This document shows positions 36,256 to 45,905 of a stretch of DNA of 64,000 nt, piece after piece. A program made the position numbers and the translations under genes. The number at the start of each line of letters is the position of its first letter. The stretch's first letter is position 1. Where the stretch lies: contig JAYUBN010000148.1 in assembly GCA_043740855.1 (NCBI GenBank), positions 7,366 to 71,365 on the forward strand. The letters are read 5' to 3'. The stretch is from Sphingomonadales bacterium (lineage in GTDB: Bacteria; Pseudomonadota; Alphaproteobacteria; Sphingomonadales; Sphingomonadaceae). The notes beneath the pieces were generated by a model. It was not told where the DNA came from, did not search any database, and saw only the letters and a list, made by a program, of their open reading frames with translations.

Positions 36256-38711
36256 CACGCCACCCGCAGCAGTTCGGGCAGCCAAGCCGCCGGGTCATCG
36301 CCGGTACGCGCGCGGATTTCATCGAGCAGGCGCACGACCCGCTCGCGGCCGGACAGGATCGTCAGCAATTCATGCTCGCCCGCCAGATTGAGCCGCACAA
36401 CTACGCTATGCTGCCCGTGCTTGACCAGAAAACAATGCGCCGTGTCGGGGAGCGTGCGCACCAGATCGTATTCATGCCGGGAAAGGCCGAAACCGTTGAT
36501 GTAATCCTGCGCCTGCGCCTTGGGATTGGCGGTGAAAATCTGCGTTGCCGCCTGCTCGACGATGGCACTGGCGATGCGGCTGGACAGCGCATCCTCGGCA
36601 TTTTGAGTGACGAAGCCAACCACGCCGTTGCGCTTGCGGATGGTTTTTTCCCAGTCGCGGATGCGCGCCACGAAAATGTCGTCGTCCAGCGCCTTCCAGC
36701 CTTCGTCGATGACGATGATCGCCGGGGTGCCATCGAGCCGTTCATCCACGCGGTGGAACAGATACATCATCGCCGGAGTGCGCAGCAGCGGATCGTCGAG
36801 GATGCGGGTCATGTCGAAGCCGACCGTGTCATTCGACAAATCCACGGCATCGTGGGCATTGTCGAACAGCCACGCGTGCTCGCCCTCGCCCCACCACGCG
36901 CGCAGCCGGGCATGGAGATCGCGGGCATGGGGGCGGTGGCCGCCGCGAAACAACTCGACGAAGCTGCGCAATCGGCGATAGGCGGGTGGAGCAACGAAAT
37001 TGGCATCCACCGCTTCCTTGATTTGCTGCTGCTCGGCGGCGCTCAGCGGCTCACCGTCTCCGGTGGCGAGCCGTGACACCCAATCAATAAGAAACCGGCG
37101 GTTCTCGGGGCTGTCGGCCAGTTGCAGCGGATTGAGGTGGCTGGGCGTACCCGGCCGCAGCACGTCGTAGCCGCCGCCAATAGCGCGGATAAACAATTCG
37201 GCGCCGCGATCCTTGTCGAAGAACACGATCCGCGGGTGAAACCGCCGCGCCTGCGCCAGCAGGAAATTGACAATCACCGTCTTGCCTGACCCCGAAGGGC
37301 CTATGACCGTGAAATTGCCAAGATCACCATGGTGAAAATTGAAGTGATAGGGACCCGCAGCGGTGGTCTCGAACAGCGTCACCGCCGACCCCCAGTGATT
37401 GCCCGCAGCGCGCCCCAATGGAAAGTTGTGGCTGCTCGCAAAGCTGGCGAAATTGGCCGACCCGATCAGCGCCCGCCGCGCGATATGTTTGAAATTTCCG
37501 GGAAATTGCGCCCAGAACGCCGGTTCCAGTCCCACTTCCTCGCGCACCGAGATAATGCCAAGGTCAGTCAACGCGGCCTGCACCTCGGCAACCCCGCCAT
37601 CGACTTGCGCCTGATCGCTCCCGCGCACCATGATCGTCAGATGGTGCTCGCCAAAGGCGGCGCGGCCGGCAGCGGCGTCGTCCTTCGCCTGCGCCAGTTC
37701 GTCGCGCAGGCTGATCGCCTCGTCATCCGAAGAGCGCATCCGGCGCAGTGCCAGATTCATCCGCCCGAGGCCCGCCTGCCGGTCGACGAAGGCAAAACTC
37801 TGGCTGATTACCAGCTCTATCGGAATGCGCAGCAGGTCGTCGAGCATGCCGGGGGTCGTCTGGCCCGGATAATCCTTGACCGAGACCACCGCCGCCAGCG
37901 CACGCGGCGCCTCGCCAGTCGCACCCAGTTCCAGCGTGTCCAGCCCAAAGCTGACACGGCGATACGGCAGATATTCGCCGGCATCGCCATGCGGCAAGCG
38001 CACCGGCCGCAATTCAGCATTGTAGATCGCCGAGAGGAATTCGAGCACCTCCGAACACGGCCCGCCGGGGGTATCGTAAACCGACAACAGACGCGGACCA
38101 TAACTCGCCATGCCGGAGGCCAATTGGTCACCCGCCGCTTCCAGCGCGCGACATTCGGCGGCGATGGCCGCTCCGTCATTGTCACCGGAACTGGCCCCGG
38201 TCCGGCCGAACAGCCCGGCCAGCCGATCGACAACCCCTGCCCGGCCCGGCATCGGTCGGCGGATCAGGGTGACGAACAGCTCGTTGGCGTACAGCTTGCG
38301 GGTAGCGAGGCGATCCTGCCAAATCGCGTCGAGGTGCCGGCTGAAGTCATCGGCAAAGGTGCCATCCCCGCCCGGCACAACCCGGCGCCGCAAGACGTGG
38401 TGGTAGATCGCGAAACGCGAAGAGCCAATCGCCCGCAGGCTGGCATCGCGCAGCGCCTTGCGGTAATTGAGATCGTCGCTGTCCGCCGTCTCGAACAGCA
38501 ATCCGCTGAGTTGCATCACCAGCATCAACGTGCCGTCGCGCAGCGCGACGATCCGGTCGGTGACATGGTGGCCATAAGGCAGCCGGCTGCCGGCGGTCTG
38601 CTCACGGTCAAACCTTGGTGGCGCGCGGTTCAGGTCAGCCCCATTCAGGCTAGCCCGATTCAAGTCCGCGCGCTTCGTATCCGCGCTTTTCAGGCGCGAT
38701 AGGAATTGCAT
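36255..38711 (-). CDS. virB4: VirB4 ATPase
   Basis: FWAQFPGN, VIGPSGSGKT, FDKDRG, NPLQL, IDEGWK, KTIRKRNG. Confidence 0.96.
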   Translation of the reverse strand: MQFLSRLKSADTKRADLNRASLNGADLNRAPPRFDREQTAGSRLPYGHHVTDRIVALRDGTLMLVMQLSGLLFETADSDDLNYRKALRDASLRAIGSSRFAIYHHVLRRRVVPGGDGTFADDFSRHLDAIWQDRLATRKLYANELFVTLIRRPMPGRAGVVDRLAGLFGRTGASSGDNDGAAIAAECRALEAAGDQLASGMASYGPRLLSVYDTPGGPCSEVLEFLSAIYNAELRPVRLPHGDAGEYLPYRRVSFGLDTLELGATGEAPRALAAVVSVKDYPGQTTPGMLDDLLRIPIELVISQSFAFVDRQAGLGRMNLALRRMRSSDDEAISLRDELAQAKDDAAAGRAAFGEHHLTIMVRGSDQAQVDGGVAEVQAALTDLGIISVREEVGLEPAFWAQFPGNFKHIARRALIGSANFASFASSHNFPLGRAAGNHWGSAVTLFETTAAGPYHFNFHHGDLGNFTVIGPSGSGKTVIVNFLLAQARRFHPRIVFFDKDRGAELFIRAIGGGYDVLRPGTPSHLNPLQLADSPENRRFLIDWVSRLATGDGEPLSAAEQQQIKEAVDANFVAPPAYRRLRSFVELFRGGHRPHARDLHARLRAWWGEGEHAWLFDNAHDAVDLSNDTVGFDMTRILDDPLLRTPAMMYLFHRVDERLDGTPAIIVIDEGWKALDDDIFVARIRDWEKTIRKRNGVVGFVTQNAEDALSSRIASAIVEQAATQIFTANPKAQAQDYINGFGLSRHEYDLVRTLPDTAHCFLVKHGQHSVVVRLNLAGEHELLTILSGRERVVRLLDEIRARTGDDPAAWLPELLRVA

Positions 38712-39010
38712 CGCCAGAACCCGAAATTGCGTACGCGCGGGCAACGCGTAACGCGCACCAGCCAGATATCGAAGATGCGCGGCTCGCGCAGGCAGGCGGC
38801 AAAGCCGACGAGGTGCACGATCAACGCGAAAGCGACCACCCAGACGGACCTGAAAATCAGGAATGCCTCGGTCGACATCACGAAGTTGATCACGAAGAAA
38901 GTGTAAGTCACGCCGGCGAACATCTGCGGTCGGGTCAATGCGACAAATAACGGGTCGCGATCCAACCCTCCGCTCGCCACGCCAGACCGTGAGGCATCCG
39001 ACTGGATCAT
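38690..39010 (-). CDS. virB3: VirB3
   Basis: DPLFVALTRPQMFAGV, two TMs, FWRCNSY. Confidence 0.92.
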   Translation of the reverse strand: MIQSDASRSGVASGGLDRDPLFVALTRPQMFAGVTYTFFVINFVMSTEAFLIFRSVWVVAFALIVHLVGFAACLREPRIFDIWLVRVTRCPRVRNFGFWRCNSYRA

Positions 39011-39054
39011 GGTCTGGCAGTCGTCGTTATAGCGTAGTCACTCACCATCACGCT

Positions 39055-39375
39055 CTAATACCCGCCAGCAGCGGTCGACTGGATGCCCGCGACGATACTG
39101 GCCGCGCCAAACAGGATAAAGCAGCCCAGGATCACGGTGAGACCATAGCGCCAGTTCATCCGCCCGGTCAGCATCATGAAGCCAACGACTGCCACTGCGA
39201 TCACTGCTGCTACAGTTGCGACCGTTCCCAGCAACGTGCCTTGCAACCAGTGCATGGCCCCGACGATCGGGCCTGATCCCGCTGGATCATAGCTTTCGGT
39301 CTGGGCCCAAGCCGGCGTGCTTGTCGCTGCCAGCAAGACCGCCCCGGCAAATTTTTTCTCGCTCATGTCCATCAC
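39055..39375 (-). CDS. virB2: VirB2/TrbC pilin
   Basis: Signal ending PAWA, WLQGTLLGTVATVAAVIAVAVVGFMMLTGR, ILGCFILFGAASIV; start 39375 or 39369. Confidence 0.92.
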   Translation of the reverse strand: MMDMSEKKFAGAVLLAATSTPAWAQTESYDPAGSGPIVGAMHWLQGTLLGTVATVAAVIAVAVVGFMMLTGRMNWRYGLTVILGCFILFGAASIVAGIQSTAAGGY

Positions 39376-39384
39376 CTGACACGA

Positions 39385-40188
39385 CTAATCTGCCCAAGGG
39401 TTGGACGCAATCTGTTTTACAACCACTGAATGTCCGGTTTCAGCCAAAATGCGGATGTGCTCGCGCAGCGGCGCATCGGCTTGCGCGCAAGCGCGTTCGA
39501 ACATGGCGGTGGCGGCGGCCCGGCGACCCTGTCGCAACAATTCGATGCCGTGATTATACGCACCGCGAAAATAGCCGCCTTCGGCTGAGCGGCAATACCA
39601 TAGCGCAGCGGCGGCGGCATCGCGCGGCGCGCCCCAGCCTTCCTCGAGGCAGCGCCCCAGCAGGTTCATCGCGCGCGCGTGGCCAAGCCGCGCCGCGCGT
39701 TCGTAATGCGCTATCGCCGCGCTGCGATCCTGGGCAACACCGCGTCCGTCGAACAGCATGTTGGCAAGATTATACATCCCCCAGCTGTCACCCAAGCCGG
39801 CGGCACGCTGGTACCAGTCGCCTGCTGCAATCAAGTCGATAGCAGTGCCCCAGCCCAGTTCGTGGCAGCGACCGACCATGTTCTGCGCCTCGCCCCTGAT
39901 CTTCGATTCGACACCGCTTGATCGCGCGGCCTTGGCAAACCAGCGCAGCGCCATCAGCTTGTCCTCCGGTACCCCGGCCCCGTCGAGCAGCATCCGGCCC
40001 AACTGCACCTGCGCCGCAGCAATGCCGCAAGCCGCCGCCGCTTGCACCCAGGGCGCCGCCGATGCCGGATCGCCGCCCAGCGCTTCGGCCAGCTCGGCAA
40101 CGGTCATGGCTTGCAGCCGGGCCATGCGGTTGCAACGGTCTTCGGCGCGACTGGCGCGGGCGATGGACCGGGATAGTTGCGATGTCAT
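39385..40188 (-). CDS. Sel1-repeat protein
   Basis: AQVQLGRMLLDGAGV, AQNMVGRCHELGWG, GMYNLANMLFDGRGV, AMNLLGRCLEEGWG; start uncertain (40188-40215). Confidence 0.9.
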   Translation of the reverse strand: MTSQLSRSIARASRAEDRCNRMARLQAMTVAELAEALGGDPASAAPWVQAAAACGIAAAQVQLGRMLLDGAGVPEDKLMALRWFAKAARSSGVESKIRGEAQNMVGRCHELGWGTAIDLIAAGDWYQRAAGLGDSWGMYNLANMLFDGRGVAQDRSAAIAHYERAARLGHARAMNLLGRCLEEGWGAPRDAAAAALWYCRSAEGGYFRGAYNHGIELLRQGRRAAATAMFERACAQADAPLREHIRILAETGHSVVVKQIASNPWAD

Positions 40189-40248
40189 ATCAATCAGGCG
40201 CCAGTCGCAGGTCAAGCACCCGCCGTGTTTTGTCAGCGAACCCTAAAA

Positions 40249-40932
40249 TCATACCTCGCCCCATTCGCGCAGCAGATTGTGATAGAGGCCGGTGAGGCGC
40301 AGGATGGCGGCCCCATCGCTGCCGCCGCCAAAGGTCAGCGCCTGGATCGACTGATCGAGATCGTGCAGCATGTCGCGATGATCGGAGCCCTTGACCATGC
40401 TCTGGACCCAGAAAAATGCGGCGAGGCGGCTGCCGCGCGTCACCGTCTCGACGCGGTGCAAACTGCGCGAAGGGTACAGCACCAGGTCGCCCGCGTTCGG
40501 TTTCACGGCATGATGGCCATAGCTGTCCTCGATTACCAGCTCGCCGCCGTCGTAATCGCCAGGGTCCGTCAGGAACAGCGTCGCCGAAAGATCGGTGCGC
40601 AGCCGTTGCCCGGTCCCCGGAACCTGGCGCACGGCATTGTCGATATGCGTACCGAACGCCATGCCCACGTCATAGCGATTGAACAGCGGCGGAAAGACGC
40701 GAGCGGGCAGTGCCGCGCTCAGGAACGCCGAGCACTGTTCCAGCGCACGGACCACGATCAGCCCCAGTTCGCGCCCCTCCGTGCTGTCCGGTCCGATCTG
40801 CAAATTGGCCTTGACCATGACCGACTGGTGCCCCGCCGTCACGCTGCCATCGGCCCAGGGCGCCTGGGCCAGCCGGCTGCGCAGGTTTGCCACCGCGTCC
40901 GCAGCCAGCAGCGCGGGGATATGCACCAGCAT
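40249..40932 (-). CDS. PKHD-type Fe(II)/2OG hydroxylase (YbiX/PiuC-like)
   Basis: WADGSVTAG, PPLFNRY, FGTHIDNA, RTDLSATLFL, YDGGEL, SLHRVETVTRGSR, FWVQS; ATG overlaps receptor stop (TGATG). Confidence 0.93.
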   Translation of the reverse strand: MLVHIPALLAADAVANLRSRLAQAPWADGSVTAGHQSVMVKANLQIGPDSTEGRELGLIVVRALEQCSAFLSAALPARVFPPLFNRYDVGMAFGTHIDNAVRQVPGTGQRLRTDLSATLFLTDPGDYDGGELVIEDSYGHHAVKPNAGDLVLYPSRSLHRVETVTRGSRLAAFFWVQSMVKGSDHRDMLHDLDQSIQALTFGGGSDGAAILRLTGLYHNLLREWGEV

Positions 40933-43124
40933 CAGAATTTGACCGCGGCGGTGAACAGCACCGTGCGCCCCGGCGAGGGAATAACGTGGTTTTCCTCGGA
41001 GTTCGCGTAATAGCTGCTTTGCCAAGCCAGTTTGTTGAACATATTATTGACGTTGACGCGCAGGGTCAGGTGCCGGTCGATGGTCCAGGCGGCCATCGCA
41101 TCAACGATGACATAGGCGGGCAGCACCGCCGCTTGCGCGAAATCGGCGTAGCGTTTGCCGACATAATTGCCGCCCACACCCAGCTCGAAGTGGGGCGAGA
41201 ACTCATACTCGGTCCACAGATTGACCGCGTGGCGCGCGGCATTGGGCAATTGCTTGCCGACGTCGGCGGCGGCGGTCGAGGCGATCGTTTTGCCGTCGAG
41301 CCAGGTATAGCCGGCGGTAATTTCCCAGTGTTTGGTGATCCGACCGGTAATCCCCAGTTCCAGCCCGTTGACTCGCTGGTTGCCGGCCAGCACCAGCCGC
41401 GTCGGATGATCGGGATCGGTGACCTGGGCATTGTTGATCTGGGTGCGGAACAGCGCGGCGGTGGTGACCAGCCTGCCGTGCAGCCAGTCCAGCTTAGCGC
41501 CCACCTCGAGGCTCCTGGCAATCACCGGGGCGAGATTGGCGGTGCTGGAATTCAGCGAAAGCGCCTCGGCCGAAGGATCGAACGAGGTGCCATAAGAGAA
41601 ATAATAGCGCTGATGATCAGTCGGCTTCCACACCAGCGATGCGCGCGGGCTCCACTCTCGGTCGACATGGTCAAGCGGCATCAGTTTGTCAGGCGAAACC
41701 CCCGCGATCAGCGCCGTCGGTCGATAATGTGCGGAAAACCGGTCGTAGCGCAAGCCGCCGATGACATCGAAATGCGTTCCGATATGCATCGTGTCGATGA
41801 TATAGGCTGCGGCTGCGTAAGCCGTGGTCCGTCCACGCGTTTCGCCGAGCGGGGTCATGGCGGTCGCGGTGGGGTCTGGGGCCAGCAGCGGGGTCGCCGG
41901 TGTCTCCCCGCTGGTGCCGAAGGGGTTGACGAAGCGCAGCATGTCGTCGCGCTCGCGGCTGAATTCGGTACCCGCGACCAGCGTGTGCGAAATCGCCCCG
42001 GTGCGGAAATTCGCGGTAATGTCGGTCTGGTTGGTCAGGTTGGTGCGATGGTTTTGGCTCGCCGGCGAATCGCGCCCCACCAACACGCTGGCCAGCGGCG
42101 TATCCGCGCCCGGCGCGCCCGGGCTGCCCGAATAGCCGAAGTTGGGCGCGTTAAGCCGGTTCAGCGCGGTATAATCGCCGTAGCGCAACGTGTTCGACAC
42201 CGAAAAAGCACTGCTGAATGCGTGGCGATACTGCACCGTACCGACATTTACCACGCTGCGAAACCGGTCCGAAGCCAGTCCGTAATCCAGATTTCGGGGA
42301 ACCTTCGCGGGCTTGCCGGCGATGAAGGGTACGCCGACATCGGGGATGTCGGTTTCTTCCTGATGCATATATGCGGCGGTGAAACTGTCGCGGCCGCCAA
42401 TGCCCAGCGCAATCGAGGGCGCGATGCCCCAGCGATGATTGCTGATCAGGTCGCGATCATTCACCTTGCTGCGTTCACCCATCGCATTGACGCGGATGGC
42501 GGCAGCGGAACCGATCGGCTGGTTGATGTCGGCGGTGCTGCGGATTTCATCGTTGTTGCCGCCGACCAGCGTTCCCGACCACAGCGGGGCCAGCGACGGC
42601 GCCTTCGATACCTGGTTGATTGCCCCGCCTGTCGAGCCCCGGCCGAACACCACCGCCGAAGGGCCCTTGAGCACCTCGATCGAATCAAGGTTGAAGCTGT
42701 CGCGGGTGTAGATCGCGGCGTCGCGAACGCCATCGAGGAAAAAGTCATTGAAAGCGGGAAAACCACGCAAATTGACGGTGTCGCCGCGCGCCGCGCCTTC
42801 GCCGGCGTTCAGCGTGATCCCCGGCACATTGCGCAAGGCGTCCACCAGCCGGCTGGTGGCTTGTTGCACCAGCAATTCATGTCCGACAATGGTGATGCTC
42901 TGCGGCGCCTTGAGCGCGTCCTCCGCCAGCTTGTCGCGGGTGACCGAGCGGACCCCGGTGACGGTGATCCTGCCAGCCCCGGCTTCGTCGCCCCCGCCCT
43001 CATCGCTGTCGTCGTCCGGCCCACGATGACCAGCTCCTTGCGCCACCGCCAGCATCGGTGCCAGCGACGAGGTCAATGCCCCGCCTAACAGGGTGCCGGT
43101 GACAAGACGCTTGAAAGCATTCAT
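40932..43124 (-). CDS. TonB-dependent siderophore receptor (Fiu/PiuA-like)
   Basis: TonB box ITVTG, PQSITIV, LRNVPGIT..AGEG, EVLKGPS..FGRGSTGGAIN, C-terminal F. Confidence 0.93.
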   Translation of the reverse strand: MNAFKRLVTGTLLGGALTSSLAPMLAVAQGAGHRGPDDDSDEGGGDEAGAGRITVTGVRSVTRDKLAEDALKAPQSITIVGHELLVQQATSRLVDALRNVPGITLNAGEGAARGDTVNLRGFPAFNDFFLDGVRDAAIYTRDSFNLDSIEVLKGPSAVVFGRGSTGGAINQVSKAPSLAPLWSGTLVGGNNDEIRSTADINQPIGSAAAIRVNAMGERSKVNDRDLISNHRWGIAPSIALGIGGRDSFTAAYMHQEETDIPDVGVPFIAGKPAKVPRNLDYGLASDRFRSVVNVGTVQYRHAFSSAFSVSNTLRYGDYTALNRLNAPNFGYSGSPGAPGADTPLASVLVGRDSPASQNHRTNLTNQTDITANFRTGAISHTLVAGTEFSRERDDMLRFVNPFGTSGETPATPLLAPDPTATAMTPLGETRGRTTAYAAAAYIIDTMHIGTHFDVIGGLRYDRFSAHYRPTALIAGVSPDKLMPLDHVDREWSPRASLVWKPTDHQRYYFSYGTSFDPSAEALSLNSSTANLAPVIARSLEVGAKLDWLHGRLVTTAALFRTQINNAQVTDPDHPTRLVLAGNQRVNGLELGITGRITKHWEITAGYTWLDGKTIASTAAADVGKQLPNAARHAVNLWTEYEFSPHFELGVGGNYVGKRYADFAQAAVLPAYVIVDAMAAWTIDRHLTLRVNVNNMFNKLAWQSSYYANSEENHVIPSPGRTVLFTAAVKF

Positions 43125-43180
43125 CGCTGTATCCCGTGTTGCCGCACCTTGCGCCGTCGGCCATCCATCATGCAAACGCT

Positions 43181-43199
43181 AATGCGACTAATTCGCAAT
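43181..43199. promoter_or_regulatory. Fur-box-like operator (Caulobacter-type TGCGA-N5-TCGCA)
   Basis: aatgcgactaattcgcaat, 19-bp imperfect palindrome 56 bp upstream of receptor ATG. Confidence 0.7.
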
Positions 43200-43440
43200 A
43201 AAGTCCAGCGGGTTTTTGCAGAACCGTTATGGCATGCCATTCATTCGTAACCCGGCTGGAGGCATGCGGCGCAGACCCACGGGCTAGGGATAATCCCGGC
43301 GATCCGGATGATTTTACCTGCCAGGGCTGTAAAAGTGCCGTGTTGGACTGGTTTCCGGGCGACAGGTCACGATGGCCCTTTGCGATTGGGATTAGTCGCG
43401 CTAACGGATCGTGCCTCTTTATCGAAAGGACTCGCGCTAC

Positions 43441-43716
43441 ATGAACAACAGTGATCTGGCTGAAACCATCGCCACCGCAAACGATCTCTCCAAGGTCGAA
43501 GCTCGCAAGCTCGTCGATGGCGTATTTGCCGCGATCGCCGATGCGGCCGCCAAGGGTGAAGAAGTCTCGCTGAACGGCTTCGGCAAATTCAAAGTTAAGG
43601 ACACGCCTGCCCGCGAAGGCCGCAACCCTTCGACCGGTGCCACCATCCAGATTGCCGCTTCGCGCAAGCTGAGCTTCGCCGCTGCCAAGGCGGTGAAGGA
43701 CAAGCTCAACGCCTGA
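43441..43716 (+). CDS. HU-family DNA-binding protein
   Basis: VSLNGFGKF, AREGRNPSTG, LSFAAAKAVKD; AAGGA RBS before ATG 43441. Confidence 0.95.
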   Translation: MNNSDLAETIATANDLSKVEARKLVDGVFAAIADAAAKGEEVSLNGFGKFKVKDTPAREGRNPSTGATIQIAASRKLSFAAAKAVKDKLNA

Positions 43717-43733
43717 TCGCTGCACGGTTCATG

Positions 43734-43773
43734 AAGATGCAGCGCTTGGCGACCGCGCAGGGCGCTGCATCTT
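43734..43773. terminator. 12-bp stem-loop after HU gene
   Basis: aagatgcagcgc...gcgctgcatctt. Confidence 0.55.
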
Positions 43774-43798
43774 GACCGATTTTCCCAGCACGAGCGGC

Positions 43799-44779
43799 AT
43801 GATCGATCAACCGGTCTGCGTTGCCGCGCTTTATCAATTCGCGCGCCTGGCCGCTGATCCGGACGACCTGGTCGTGTTGCGCGACAGACTGGCGCGACTG
43901 TGCGTTGCGCAGGGCGTCAAAGGTACGCTGCTGATCGCCCGCGAGGGTATCAACGGCACGATTGCCGGTTCGGACCGGGCGATCGATCTGACGCTGGAGG
44001 CAATTCGGCAGCTACCCGGCTGCGCCGATTTGCATGCTAAATTTGCCCGCGCTGCAACAATCCCGTTTCATCGGATGAAGGTGCGGCTGAAGCGTGAAAT
44101 CGTCACCATGGGCCAGCCCGACATCGATCCGCTGGCCAGCGCGGGCACCTATGTGACACCGCAAGACTGGAATGCACTGATCGCCGCGCCCGGTACGATC
44201 GTCATCGATACCCGCAATGACTACGAAGTTGCCGTGGGCAGCTTTGCCGGGGCGATCGACCCGCAAACCAAGGCATTTCGCGATTTTCCGGCATGGTTTC
44301 GCGAGCACCGCGCCCGCTTGCTGAACGCCTATTTGCTGGAGGGGGCCCCGCCGCCCAAAGTCGCGATGTTCTGCACCGGCGGCATTCGTTGCGAAAAGGC
44401 GACGGCCTTCCTCAAGGCCGAGGGGCTCGACGAAGTCTATCATTTGCAGGGCGGCATCCTGAATTATCTTGAAACGGTACCCGCAACCGACAGCTTGTGG
44501 CAGGGCGAATGCTTTGTGTTCGACCATCGGGTCAGCGTCGGCCACGGTCTGGAGCCGGGCACTTTCAGCCTGTGCCACGCCTGTCGCCGCCCGGTGAGTG
44601 CAGACGTCCGTGCCTCACCCTTGTTCGAGGAAGGGGTAAGCTGCCTCGCCTGCCAGCCCGAGCGCAGCGATGCCCAGCGCGCCCGCTATCGCGAACGCCA
44701 GCGCCAGGAGTGTTTCGCGGCGACACGGGGGGAGGCACACATCGGCGCCACCTTGCCTGGCATTACCGACCAGCCCTGA
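43799..44779 (+). CDS. trhO: Rhodanese-domain tRNA uridine(34) hydroxylase (UPF0176)
   Basis: EGINGTIAG, KREIVTMG, IDTRNDYE, MFCTGGIRCEKA, HLQGGILNYLE, WQGECFVFD. Confidence 0.9.
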   Translation: MIDQPVCVAALYQFARLAADPDDLVVLRDRLARLCVAQGVKGTLLIAREGINGTIAGSDRAIDLTLEAIRQLPGCADLHAKFARAATIPFHRMKVRLKREIVTMGQPDIDPLASAGTYVTPQDWNALIAAPGTIVIDTRNDYEVAVGSFAGAIDPQTKAFRDFPAWFREHRARLLNAYLLEGAPPPKVAMFCTGGIRCEKATAFLKAEGLDEVYHLQGGILNYLETVPATDSLWQGECFVFDHRVSVGHGLEPGTFSLCHACRRPVSADVRASPLFEEGVSCLACQPERSDAQRARYRERQRQECFAATRGEAHIGATLPGITDQP

Positions 44780-44863
44780 CGGCTGTGCCGCGGCTGCCAT
44801 GACCCGACCGGGCGCAACTTCGGTCAGCGGCGCCTTGCAGGCAACGCCATGACAACGCGCCGA

Positions 44864-45853
44864 TCAAAAACCATAATTGACCTGCATCTTGAACAATGCC
44901 GGAGCCACGAGTTGCCCTGATTTGCCCTCGATGGCGAGCGAACTCGCGGCATTGGCATATTGCGCCAGGGGCAATGCTACATCGCCATAGACCGACAGCT
45001 TGCGGCTGAGCTGGAACTTGATGCCAGGCGCGATCAGCAGGCGCCGATAGCCGGAATTGAGCGGATCGGCGTTCATCCCGGTATCGTGTGCCCGGACCGA
45101 ACCAAGCAATTGCAGCGCCGGTGCGATGCCCAAGCTGCGCCCCCCAGCGGCCAGATCGTAACTCAGCCCGAGCGCGGCATCGAGTTCGTTGCCCGGCCGA
45201 TAGCCGCCCCGCGTAGCCACCGCGAACCGGTATTGCGCCTGGGCAAACCAGTTCAGCCGCGACGCGACAGCGCCGACGTGATAGCCCCCGACCTGCAGAT
45301 CGGTGCTGCCGGTGCCGAGCAGCGTATCGCGATCGTAGGGCCGGTTGCCATAGCGATCACGCGGGCTGGTATAGCGCCCCGTTGGCAGCTTGACGCCGAA
45401 ACTGATGCCAGTGGCCATATCCGGTGCGAAGCCGGAGTAGGTCAACTGAATGACGCCGTCGCCAAGAGCGGTGAACGGCACGGTCTCGATGACATCATGG
45501 CCGTTGGCGTCGGCGCCGATGGTCGTAAAGTCACGCCGGGAGAGCGGCAATTCAGCCATCACCGTCCATTTGCGGTTGATCATGTATTCGGCGCCAACGG
45601 TGAAGAAGCTGGTTGCGATCCGCTTGTCGGTATTGTCCGAGGCCGGGGCGTCGGCGCCTCGTGCGAAGTTCCGGTTCTGATCCATATAGTCATAGCGCAG
45701 CCACACCGACAGGCCGGTGTCGGATGCCACGGGGGTGACGGTGCCGTCGCCGACATCGAAGATGCCGCAGCCGCAGGCACAAGCCCCGGCAGCAGCCGGG
45801 GCAATCAGCGCCAATACGGCGGATGCCACCAGCAGGCGGGCGGGAGTGGTCAA
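44864..45853 (-). CDS. Outer-membrane beta-barrel (MetA-pathway/COG4313-like) with N-terminal CACGC motif
   Basis: AGGAG RBS + TTG 45853; signal ending AGA then CACGCGIFDVG; LGD, GVKLPTG, LGTGSTD, YRPGNE; C-terminal YGF. Confidence 0.75.
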   Translation of the reverse strand: MTTPARLLVASAVLALIAPAAAGACACGCGIFDVGDGTVTPVASDTGLSVWLRYDYMDQNRNFARGADAPASDNTDKRIATSFFTVGAEYMINRKWTVMAELPLSRRDFTTIGADANGHDVIETVPFTALGDGVIQLTYSGFAPDMATGISFGVKLPTGRYTSPRDRYGNRPYDRDTLLGTGSTDLQVGGYHVGAVASRLNWFAQAQYRFAVATRGGYRPGNELDAALGLSYDLAAGGRSLGIAPALQLLGSVRAHDTGMNADPLNSGYRRLLIAPGIKFQLSRKLSVYGDVALPLAQYANAASSLAIEGKSGQLVAPALFKMQVNYGF

Positions 45854-45905
45854 GGCAATATCTCCTGCAGGTTTGGCGCCGCGCGGCTCATGAATGCCGA
45901 CATAC

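Noticed and set aside
31191-39375. Conjugative element/ICE
   Set aside because: No integrase, relaxase, coupling protein, tRNA or direct-repeat att sites in the window; composition looks host-like and flanks are housekeeping genes
40887-43088. Long antisense ORFs (733 aa here; also 59-1306, 19569-21059, 58488-60428 and others)
   Set aside because: Shadows of high-GC codon usage opposite well-supported genes; no motifs
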